Position numbers and translations under genes: made by a program. Source: Candidatus Omnitrophota bacterium (GTDB lineage Bacteria; Omnitrophota; Gorgyraeia; Zapsychrales; JANLHA01). Taken from it: a stretch of 64,000 bases of DNA. The stretch spans positions 88,260 through 152,259 of the forward strand of contig JAKQKX010000045.1 in NCBI GenBank assembly GCA_029560465.1, read 5' to 3'. This document shows, one piece after another, positions 49,937 through 58,509 of this stretch. The notes below the pieces were generated by a model, which was not told the origin of the DNA, ran no database searches, and saw nothing but the letters and a program-made list of their open reading frames with translations. Position 1 is the stretch's first letter. Every line of letters starts with the position of its first letter.

Positions 49937-50488
49937 TCAAGACAAAAAACGGCGCTTCACGGTTGGATGGGAAAAATAAAAAAGCATGAACACGGCAAAA
50001 AGGATGTCTAATCCAACGTAAAAAACATACCCAATCCACGGGTCAATAACAAGACCCCCCGGGAAACGCTGTTCCGTCAGTTCAGCAAGATTGATAAAAA
50101 CGGTTATCGGATGTTTCCACGGGAATCCGACTAACAAAAGAAGCCCCAGGCACAACGTCCATCGGCGCGCCCAGCTTTTCATTTGCAACAGCCCCACGCC
50201 CAAAAACACAACACACCCCCGGGATACCAGAGAAAGGCAATACCGGGCCAGGATGGAAGGATACGGGAGCTGATGAAACATAAAGTAATAATAAGGGAAA
50301 TCCCGGTAGCCCAAGATCTGGTCAATGGATAACGCTATCAATAATACGCCGAATACAGTGACCCCCCGGGGGCGCACAATCTTTTTCCCTCTCCCCAGTC
50401 CCAAGGCCAAAAGATAAGCCCCGAGGACAATCAAGATAAAATTAACGAACCGATCAAGCAAAGAGAACGCGAATGAATCATCCATCAT
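49937..50488 (-). CDS. Hypothetical multi-pass membrane protein
   Basis: About 5 TM segments; RPRGVTVFG, GLLQMKSWAR, YFSHPTVKRRF. Confidence 0.7.
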   Translation of the reverse strand: MMDDSFAFSLLDRFVNFILIVLGAYLLALGLGRGKKIVRPRGVTVFGVLLIALSIDQILGYRDFPYYYFMFHQLPYPSILARYCLSLVSRGCVVFLGVGLLQMKSWARRWTLCLGLLLLVGFPWKHPITVFINLAELTEQRFPGGLVIDPWIGYVFYVGLDILFAVFMLFYFSHPTVKRRFLS

Positions 50489-50565
50489 AAAAGCCCCTTC
50501 AGGCTCAAACCATGAACGGCGGGCACATCATCATAGTCAATACGCAGCGACTCGACTTTAATCAT
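50485..50565 (-). pseudogene. 26-codon remnant resembling the N-terminus of an ABC-transporter ATPase
   Basis: MIKVESLRIDYDDVPAVHGLSLKGLL-stop; the stop overlaps the next gene's start (ATGA). Confidence 0.45.
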
Positions 50566-50614
50566 AACAAATTACCGAAGTGTTCCCCAGGAGCGCAGTA
50601 AAGCATGTCATCTT

Positions 50615-51277
50615 TTATTTAAACCGTTCCGACAAAAGCGTCTCCAGGTCATCCAATCTCCCTTCTATAATATCTCCGTCTCGCAGACAACAGGCTGACG
50701 CCAAAAAACGTTTTTTAAAGTCTTGACCAAGGATTTTTTCCGGGAGCAAGAAATCCCCATGACAATCAATATCAAAATACAAGTTTTCTCCATCCGCATT
50801 GAAAATTTCAATAAGCTCAAAATCCGAATTCGGGAAGCCGGCATGATCAGAATAACCCGGCCCGCTTAAAAATAAAATCTTATCCTCGGCGATCTCGAAA
50901 AAATACTCCGCCCCCTCATCTCGAATTCCTGGCAGCGTCACCAAACGCGCGCATTGACAGTGCGTCATCTTGACCTGCCCCGTCTCTAGGGCCCTTTGTA
51001 ACTCAAGGACGCGATTGATATGCTCTCTGGTGTTGCTAAAATATACCCACAAAAAAATGCCGATGTACAAACCGACGGCGCCAAAAGCCCAATACCCCAA
51101 AACAGGATTTTTCTGCGCCTGTAAAATAGCCAACATCACGCCAAGGACCAATCCGCATAAAACCAGAAGAAGGATCAAACGGAAAAACCGGTCCTTCTGT
51201 TTTAACAAATAGGTCATTTCGCCAGAAAGGGCCTGTCTCTCCCTCTCCTGTAGCGATCTTGAGTAAGAATGGATCAT
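50615..51277 (-). CDS. Hypothetical protein with two TM helices and a soluble C-terminal domain
   Basis: Open 220-aa frame, two hydrophobic helices, DEG..YFF..ILFLSG..FPNSDF. Confidence 0.7.
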   Translation of the reverse strand: MIHSYSRSLQERERQALSGEMTYLLKQKDRFFRLILLLVLCGLVLGVMLAILQAQKNPVLGYWAFGAVGLYIGIFLWVYFSNTREHINRVLELQRALETGQVKMTHCQCARLVTLPGIRDEGAEYFFEIAEDKILFLSGPGYSDHAGFPNSDFELIEIFNADGENLYFDIDCHGDFLLPEKILGQDFKKRFLASACCLRDGDIIEGRLDDLETLLSERFK

Positions 51278-51495
51278 AAAAGTGTCACGCCCTTATTTCA
51301 AGCTCGGCCATCCTTGAGCGCCAAGCAACCCTGGCGGCCCGGACTCCTAAACGCATAATAATTCTATTCTAACTTTTTTAACAATAAAAACAAGATTATT
51401 ATAGTGGCGGGAAAGCTAAGACCCCGTTGGAAACGGGACCTTAGCCTCACGAGGGGCAGAAAGGAAGATACTTGGCGTTATAAAAGACCCGCATC

Positions 51496-51533
51496 AAAAA
51501 AAGAAAAGGGTGAGCCCGAAGCTCACCCTTTTT
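51496..51533. terminator. Strong bidirectional terminator downstream of the large modular protein
   Basis: AAAAGGGTGAGC-CCGAA-GCTCACCCTTTT, flanked by A- and T-runs. Confidence 0.85.
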
Positions 51534-51574
51534 GGCACTCCCTGGAAAATCAGGGTTCCCTCTATTCAGAAAAT

Positions 51575-54500
51575 TTATTCAAGCCAAAAGATATCCTGCT
51601 TCCCATCGTTAGCCCCCAACGAGGACAATTGATCATCGGTTGGGCTCCCCGCATCCTCCTTCGGGGCATCCCCTAACAAAAACGGCAAATTCGTGACCGG
51701 AGTGACGTTGATAATTAACGGGACAAACCCTTCAATATGCAACAGCGGCATCGGCTGCTGGGGTAACGGCAGAGGAACGCCGGCCCCGTCTCTTTTGACC
51801 TGTAAATCTAATAGACTCAGGTTCAAATTGATACCACCTATATTCTGCTGCCCTGTTAAAGGAGAGGAAAGAACGCCATCCCCGACCTTGCTCAAATCCC
51901 AAGCTCCGCCATCCTTCCTGACAGCGTTATATTCCGCTAGATATTGCTCTACCGAATCCTTATCGGTCAGGAACTTTTCCAGGAGATTTTCTCCCAAGAC
52001 GAGAGTATTCAATGGCGTCCAGACCTCTTTGATATAACCAGTTATTTCTTCCGTTGACAAGGCTTTCCCTTGCAATTCCGGATGCCATTTTAAAATACGG
52101 CGTAAAAGATCCACCAAGGTCATCTTGCCTCTTCTCATTTCAAATCCGCTCACCCCGGATCCTTCAACAATGCTCATCGTAAGCAAACCATATTCTTTGA
52201 CCATTCGTCCGATCTCGACCGTATCATGGGATATCCGAAACGATTTGAGCAGGAACTCTTCCCATTTCTTATTTTGCCCTTCCAGATAATCATTATATAA
52301 TTCCGCCGCCTCCGAGAGATACTGGGCCACCAATAACCGGCCTTTTTCCCGGAATTCTTCTCTCGCCTGACTAATAACATCCCCTTTCATGGGGTCAAAC
52401 CGAGCGATAAGCTCTTCCAAGGTTAACTCGGGAAACGCGTCCACAATCCACCCATTAACGCCGTGCATGATCTGCGCCTCAAACCCCGCGCGTATGGTCG
52501 CGATGACAGGCTTGCCATTGAAACCCGCCCTCTGCTGGGATGTCCCGGACGCTTCCCGGGTGGGGTCAGGCACGTTAATCCAGACATCCACAGCGCTCAC
52601 GACTTTACGCATAATCGGGACACCGGTGTCTTCCACATAAACAAGTTTCCCTTTAAAACGGGCATCCGCTTGCATCTTTTTAAACTCGGTGATCCAGCCC
52701 CGGCCCACTTCATCCTGTCCCTGGCCGCCAATCAGGAGATTGGCTCCCAAACCTTTGCCAAGGTGTTTCTCTTTATAAAAATAATCCACATTCCGATCCC
52801 CGGTAATCCACTCTATAAGCGGGATCAAAAGCCCAGCCTCCTTGTATTCCACTCCGCGGCGCAACAACCCGAACAGCATACGGTTCTGGTCGGTAAAAAC
52901 CGGGGAATTTTCCCCGTACTGTTTCCTTAAAAAATCGTTAATCGAAGTTTTTTCGGCCTGTCCCAGGTTAAAAAGATCTTCCCCTGTGACCCCGGCCAAA
53001 CCAGCGTCCGCGATCAGCTGGTTCAGGGCCTCCATACGCCACATTTGCGCATCAGAGCCGTTCTGGATATAAGTCATTTTCTCCTTAGCAGCTCCCGGCA
53101 ACAGCAGTTGCTGCGTCACGGTCTTATGCTCTTTCGACACAGTATTGGTTACCGCCGCATAGCGGGATAAAGCCTCCAGGGCGCTATAGTATTTGGACCC
53201 GTCCGGCCGGGTGGATAACATATCCTCCCGTGCGAGATCCCACCCGACCAACCATTTCAATTTTCCTATATCGTCCATAAACGGGACTGCCACCAATTCT
53301 GCGGTATGGCTTGTAAATTCAATCGCTGTCTTCTCAAATGTGCTTTTTTGGCCATTAAATAATTTTTGGTTACCGTTAATATGATCAATATCATTCTGCA
53401 TGGCACTGCGTACTAAAGCCACATGAGCCTCATTCAAACGGACCACGTCCGGCGCAAGATTCATGGCTTTCATGAATTCAACCGCGGCACGGGCAAAAAA
53501 ACCATATTCGATCCAACGGGCGTCACCCTGCGCGTAAAGATGATCGAGCAAAACGGTATTGGGTGCCCGCAACCCGATTTGTAACGTACCGTTATTATTC
53601 ACCCAGTAAGGATACACGGTATAATTAACTCCATCTGGTTCCGTAGTAATCCCTCTAAAATTAACATTAAAGGACATCGGACGGGGTTTCCCGTTTCGCC
53701 CGAAAATCATAATAGGGCTGATATCCTTTTGGTCGTCCCAATTAATAGCCTGGACGACTCCGTTGCGGACATAACGCTCATAAAGCGGAAACAGCGTCAG
53801 GCCGAAGAGCTTCATATCGGCAAGTTCCCGTTCAAACGTCGCGTTCAAAGCCCCTGTGGTTTCTCCATCCAGGAAGCCCAACCCACCGGCCCCGATGGCT
53901 TTCTGCGCGTACGGATCGTTCCCCTTTTGGGATAACTGCGGGATGATCGACTCTTCCGTCATGTTGACAACCACCGAAACCCCTGGCTCCTTGAGCTTGG
54001 AAAGAATTCTGTTCACGTCCTCATCCGCGAATTGCACCGGGATATCTCTCGGAGGACGGGCGTGCCGGAGATCCACGTCCTGAATCGCCGAAGAAACCGC
54101 CTGCGGCCCCACATCAACCAGTGAAACCTGAAAATTCATCGCGTTGTCCTGATCCGGAAGTTCAGAGCGCTGCTGGCCAGTAAGGGCCGAGCTCATAACA
54201 ATCCGCTCAACATCCGTGACACCCTGGACACCTCCGGAAAAATATTTCCGCGGGATAACGGTCTTGGCTTGCGGGTCGTAATCTTCTTTAATGAGGTTAT
54301 AGACCCCTTGTTTAAAAGCGTTGAGATATTGCTGATAAATTTTTTCTTTAACCCGCGGGTCATCCAGGTCTATGCCTCTCGTTTTATTCTGGTCGGCGTA
54401 CACCTGGGACAAAAGCGTCTGGCGAAGGTTGTCTTTATACCATTTGGCCAAAATCATCGCGTTATAAATCTGCCGCAGGTTGGCAAAATTCTTGCCGACA

Positions 54501-55309
54501 TTAACTTCCTTCTCCAATTCCGGAATAATAATTTCTTTAACAACCTGGGATGATACGTCATTGACTTTTTGGGTTTCAGCTTTACTGATAACCTGTTTAT
54601 TCTTAGGGTCAACCAAACTCTTCTGTAAAGCAAGGTAATCCTCTTCCAGCATGACTTTCAAATCCCGGGACACCACAAAAACGCTGCTGTCATGTTCATA
54701 CACCGCAGCTTTACGGGGCACGATCCAGACCTTATTAAATGTCTTAATGGGAATATTCGTTGTCCCCAGGTTCTCTCTGGCCAAACGATAGACTTTTTGC
54801 CAGAATTTCGCCCCCAACTCGCTTTCCGGATACCCAAGGGAAGCAGTAATCTGTTTGAGCATATAATCCTGGGCGAGCAAATCCCGCCCCATTTCTGTCT
54901 GCCCTAATCCTGAAGAAATCATGCGTTCCTGCTCATACGGCGACAAGTTGACCCAGATTTGATCTTCCGGAACCGTGAGGGATGCTAAAAAGTACCCTAT
55001 CATTTTTACTGTTTCTCTATATAACGCCTCGCCTGACAACCCGGAGTCCCCAGGGTCAACAATAAAATCAAAAAGTAAAGGATTATCCGCGTGGATGGTC
55101 AGGCCTTTGATCAAAGCTGGTTCAAAAGATTCGCTCGTTGTGATCAAAGTGCCGGGGGCCGGGAGATCTAAGATATCCTGCGGCGCTGGCTGCGCATATA
55201 AAAACGGAACGGGGATGGCAAATTGCAGAGTGATGATTGTGATTAAAACGGCTTTAAAAATACTTTGGAAGACACGAACGGACAACTTGGATAAGGTTTG
55301 GCGTTTCAA
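51575..55309 (-). CDS. Large secreted modular protein: N-terminal scaffold, alpha-glucan phosphorylase (GT35)-like cargo, C-terminal GGINLN domain
   Basis: Likely TTG start 55309 after the RBS GGGAGG; signal peptide (..PFLYA-Q). GT35-like motifs GGLGFLDGE, RLNEAH, FTSHT, NTVSKEH, IQNG, RRGVEYK, DVWINVP..EASGTS..NG. Confidence 0.85.
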   Translation of the reverse strand: MKRQTLSKLSVRVFQSIFKAVLITIITLQFAIPVPFLYAQPAPQDILDLPAPGTLITTSESFEPALIKGLTIHADNPLLFDFIVDPGDSGLSGEALYRETVKMIGYFLASLTVPEDQIWVNLSPYEQERMISSGLGQTEMGRDLLAQDYMLKQITASLGYPESELGAKFWQKVYRLARENLGTTNIPIKTFNKVWIVPRKAAVYEHDSSVFVVSRDLKVMLEEDYLALQKSLVDPKNKQVISKAETQKVNDVSSQVVKEIIIPELEKEVNVGKNFANLRQIYNAMILAKWYKDNLRQTLLSQVYADQNKTRGIDLDDPRVKEKIYQQYLNAFKQGVYNLIKEDYDPQAKTVIPRKYFSGGVQGVTDVERIVMSSALTGQQRSELPDQDNAMNFQVSLVDVGPQAVSSAIQDVDLRHARPPRDIPVQFADEDVNRILSKLKEPGVSVVVNMTEESIIPQLSQKGNDPYAQKAIGAGGLGFLDGETTGALNATFERELADMKLFGLTLFPLYERYVRNGVVQAINWDDQKDISPIMIFGRNGKPRPMSFNVNFRGITTEPDGVNYTVYPYWVNNNGTLQIGLRAPNTVLLDHLYAQGDARWIEYGFFARAAVEFMKAMNLAPDVVRLNEAHVALVRSAMQNDIDHINGNQKLFNGQKSTFEKTAIEFTSHTAELVAVPFMDDIGKLKWLVGWDLAREDMLSTRPDGSKYYSALEALSRYAAVTNTVSKEHKTVTQQLLLPGAAKEKMTYIQNGSDAQMWRMEALNQLIADAGLAGVTGEDLFNLGQAEKTSINDFLRKQYGENSPVFTDQNRMLFGLLRRGVEYKEAGLLIPLIEWITGDRNVDYFYKEKHLGKGLGANLLIGGQGQDEVGRGWITEFKKMQADARFKGKLVYVEDTGVPIMRKVVSAVDVWINVPDPTREASGTSQQRAGFNGKPVIATIRAGFEAQIMHGVNGWIVDAFPELTLEELIARFDPMKGDVISQAREEFREKGRLLVAQYLSEAAELYNDYLEGQNKKWEEFLLKSFRISHDTVEIGRMVKEYGLLTMSIVEGSGVSGFEMRRGKMTLVDLLRRILKWHPELQGKALSTEEITGYIKEVWTPLNTLVLGENLLEKFLTDKDSVEQYLAEYNAVRKDGGAWDLSKVGDGVLSSPLTGQQNIGGINLNLSLLDLQVKRDGAGVPLPLPQQPMPLLHIEGFVPLIINVTPVTNLPFLLGDAPKEDAGSPTDDQLSSLGANDGKQDIFWLE

Positions 55310-55637
55310 TCTTAATCCTCCCTTTGAAAAATTAGTAAATATCAAGAACAATTAATTCTTATACTATGAGGGACTTTTTTGAAAGGGTGTCTTCAAAAGG
55401 CATAGGGTGAATGCCTTACAATAAATATATACTAACATATAGATTTTGACAAGTCTTATATCTTCGTTTTATCACTAAATAACTAATTGAAAATATTAAG
55501 CTTAAAAGAAATAATCCTATTTTTATCAATAATTTTTGGAAATTAAAGCTGAAAAGCGGGTTGCCCCTGGAACGACAGGAAAAAGACAGGACGAAACACG
55601 TAGGCTTATGCACGCTTAAAGGCTGCGACGGGTAAAA

Positions 55638-56372
55638 TCACATTCGTTTCTTAATACAATTTCTCCCCGCCTTTTTGGCATCGTACAAAGCTTCGTCGGT
55701 CAATTTAAGCAACTTATTCACATTATCAACTTGACCTTCATTGGAAGAGAGGCCAAAACTGGCGGTGACATGAATTTTGTTGTCTTTGTAGAAAAACGGG
55801 GTGTTCTCAATAATATGTTTCAACTTCCCGGCCAAAACTTCGGCGTTATTCAGGCTGGTGTGCATACACACGATCAGGAATTCTTCCCCGCCGAAGCGGC
55901 CGAAATAATCCGTCCGGCGGATGTTGTTCAAAATTTTCCAGGAAAAATTCTTTAACACATAGTCCCCTGCGTCATGCCCGTATTTATCGTTGATTTTCTT
56001 AAAATGGTCCAGGTCAATCAAAATCAGGGAAAACGGGAATTTGTAACGCTGCCCGGACACAAAGGCATTTTCCAAGAGCTCGATAATATACCTCCGGTTA
56101 AAAATTTCCGTCAGAAAATCCGTGCGGCTGGCTTTCTCAAGAAGGTCACGGGTGATCCTTAATTCATCAATGAGATTCAGCAAATAAATTGTAATCACCG
56201 GGGTCAGGACAATCGGGGCGACGATGGAGATATACACCGCCGCCCTAAAATCGACACGGTCCAGCCTAAAAACGATAAAAATAACCGTTGTGAACAAAAC
56301 CGAGATGAGGACACAGATCACGGTAATGAGAAACGACTGCACCAGGGTTAATTGATTACGCTTTAATATCAT
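55638..56372 (-). CDS. Membrane-anchored diguanylate cyclase
   Basis: Two TMs; DFLTEIFNRR, DLDHFKKINDKYGHDAGD, I-site RRTD, active site GGEEF. Confidence 0.93.
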   Translation of the reverse strand: MILKRNQLTLVQSFLITVICVLISVLFTTVIFIVFRLDRVDFRAAVYISIVAPIVLTPVITIYLLNLIDELRITRDLLEKASRTDFLTEIFNRRYIIELLENAFVSGQRYKFPFSLILIDLDHFKKINDKYGHDAGDYVLKNFSWKILNNIRRTDYFGRFGGEEFLIVCMHTSLNNAEVLAGKLKHIIENTPFFYKDNKIHVTASFGLSSNEGQVDNVNKLLKLTDEALYDAKKAGRNCIKKRM

Positions 56373-56549
56373 GGACGTCGCTATGGCCCTTTTCTCCGGG
56401 ATTCCTTCCCACAGAATAAATTCAACTAAATCAATAGTATAACGTTACAAAAAAAAAGTCTACGAAGTTATCACTTTTCTTGTGAACAGGACTGCGCCCG
56501 GGGAAGGAACGGCGCGCTTTTCTTGCCCTAAGTTCCGCGCCTTCACTCA

Positions 56550-57200
56550 TTATGTCATCGTGGCATCCAGCCTCTGATAACACAGCAAGGCCAGCCCATA
56601 AATCCCCGCCGCTAAAAATAGAACCACGGTAAATCCGGAAAATTGGGCGATACGGTGACCCGTAATGCAAAGCCCAACCCAGACGCTCCTGTTTCTAAAA
56701 TCAGCCGTGTACCGGGCGAAATAATTCATCGGGTGCTTATTGGCCTTAGCCCACACATCACCGGGATAAACCGGGTCAGTCTGATGTTTCCTGAAATAAT
56801 CCAGAATCCGGGTCCGTTCCGCCGGGCTGAAAGGCGTTTTCTTGATCAGCATCAGCCGACCATGTCGCATGATCCCCGATGATAATATGCTCCCACGGGC
56901 GCGCCCCGGGGATCCACTCCCACCCTTTATTCTTGTCAATGGTGTAGCTCTTAATCTCCGGCATTTTTGTCAAAACAAACGGCAGGATCATCAGAATGGT
57001 GATAAAAAAGGCACTAACTTTTTTCTTGGGCACAAGGACCGTCACCCCGGATAAAAAGCACATGACACATAGAAACACGAGCGAGCGGGTGACTTCTAAA
57101 AAATTAATCAGGGGGAAAAAATAAAAAGGCGCCCAACCCCGCGCCCAGAAGGTCAAAAAAATAAATTCTGGAAGACCGCGCGGGAATGTTCGCCCCGATG
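56550..57200 (-). pseudogene. Frameshifted, internally deleted remnant of a multi-TM spermidine-synthase-like gene
   Basis: Successive reading frames give RIYFFDLLGAGLGA, then (shift at the homopolymers 57111-57121) PLINFLEV..PWEHIII, then LIKKTPFSPAE..GFTVVLFLAAGIYGLA; the SAM-binding domain is absent. Confidence 0.6.
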
Positions 57201-57210
57201 CGGAACACTC

Positions 57211-57849
57211 TTAATAAATGCCTTCAAAGCCTTCCGGCAGAATGCTCCATTTTTTATCATAAACATGGACGCGTTGGGTCGGCCCGGATTTATCAACGAT
57301 CGGCTGCCCCTGATGGACCCACATCAAAAGACCGCCAACCAGGTTATAAGCCCGGGAACCCTCTTTTTCAAACCGCTTCGTCGCGATCCCCCCGCGTTTT
57401 CCAACAGTGGAATAAACAATCACAGCATAATCTGTATACTTGGCTTTCTGGCGTTTAAATGTTTCCGTGTCGACCGACAACGGGATGGCAGAAACCTCCC
57501 GTTCCTTATCGTCCCGCACATCGACAAGCACGGTTTTTTTGCTGCGAAGCATCTGAAGCGCTTCATCCACCGTCAATTCGTTCACGTTACGGAAAAAAAG
57601 TTTTTTATACCCTTCATATAGGCCTAAAATTTCATCCCTCCGGATTTCCGCCGGGGTCCGGGAATCTTCCCGCTCATAAAAAACATACGCCTGGACAGAC
57701 ACCGGCAACGCCATCCACGCCAACACAACGGCCAGGAACAACCCAACGATGCCCCCCGTTCGAACCATCCCGGGGAAACCCGCGGCATTTCCGCAGGGAT
57801 TGTCCCCCCCCTGATGCAAAATTCTGGATAAAAAAATTAATCCTCTCAT
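57211..57849 (-). CDS. Exported rhodanese-like protein (active-site Cys replaced by Ser)
   Basis: Signal peptide (..VQA), VLVDVR..E..VS.IP, IVYSTVGKR, YNLVGGLLMW. Confidence 0.8.
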   Translation of the reverse strand: MRGLIFLSRILHQGGDNPCGNAAGFPGMVRTGGIVGLFLAVVLAWMALPVSVQAYVFYEREDSRTPAEIRRDEILGLYEGYKKLFFRNVNELTVDEALQMLRSKKTVLVDVRDDKEREVSAIPLSVDTETFKRQKAKYTDYAVIVYSTVGKRGGIATKRFEKEGSRAYNLVGGLLMWVHQGQPIVDKSGPTQRVHVYDKKWSILPEGFEGIY

Positions 57850-57916
57850 GGCCTCGTTCCCTCCTTGTTGTAATTACCTCCCCGCAGGAAACCTTTTCAG
57901 CGAAAATGCCAGGATA

Positions 57917-58507
57917 TTATTTTCCTTTACGTTTCCCATTAAATAATTTCCTCGTATGATTTTCCGGAATCGGGAAAACCCCCTCGCTCACGGATTTAAC
58001 ATCCTCCACAGAATAAAAAGCCCGGGGATTAAACTGATGAATAATATCAATAACGGTTCTGTGATCCTTCCGGCTGATAATGGTGTAGATAATATTAACC
58101 TTTCCTGTCGTGCCCTGGGCATCAACACTGGTCACGCCGTAGCCCCTGGTTTTAAGGAATTCGACCAGTTCGGTCCCGTCTTTTTTGGTGATGACCCGCA
58201 CGACCTCCAATCCCATGGCCAGCTTTTCCTCCAGGATAATCCCGACAAAATTCCCCATGGCAAACCCCCCGGCAAAGGCAAAATAACAGGCGATATTCGT
58301 CAGATGGTTAAAGATCTGCCGGATCGCCAAAAGCCAAATCAGCACTTCAAAAAAAGCCAGGACCGGCGCCAGAAATTTCTTGTCCCGGGATAAAAGCATG
58401 ATGCGGATCGTTCCGATGGAAACATCCATGATGCGGGCCAAAAAGATCAAAAGAGGAAGGATCCCCCATGTAAAGACCGGAGAATCCAAGAAAGAACTCA
58501 TCGGCAT
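57917..58507 (-). CDS. UPF0316 / DUF2179 membrane protein
   Basis: IFLARIMDVSIGTIR, AFFEVLIW, GFAMGNFVG, GYGVT, FNPRAF..EDV. Confidence 0.9.
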   Translation of the reverse strand: MPMSSFLDSPVFTWGILPLLIFLARIMDVSIGTIRIMLLSRDKKFLAPVLAFFEVLIWLLAIRQIFNHLTNIACYFAFAGGFAMGNFVGIILEEKLAMGLEVVRVITKKDGTELVEFLKTRGYGVTSVDAQGTTGKVNIIYTIISRKDHRTVIDIIHQFNPRAFYSVEDVKSVSEGVFPIPENHTRKLFNGKRKGK

Positions 58508-58509
58508 GT

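Noticed and set aside
51406-51492. c-di-GMP-I (GEMM) riboswitch call
   Set aside because: Only a loose resemblance around GAAA..GGGAC; the GCAAA and P1 consensus is missing and no plus-strand gene lies downstream. Kept only as an unclassified RNA candidate.
51404-51676. 90-aa plus-strand ORF
   Set aside because: It runs through a terminator hairpin and into the antisense end of the large gene, with no RBS or motif.
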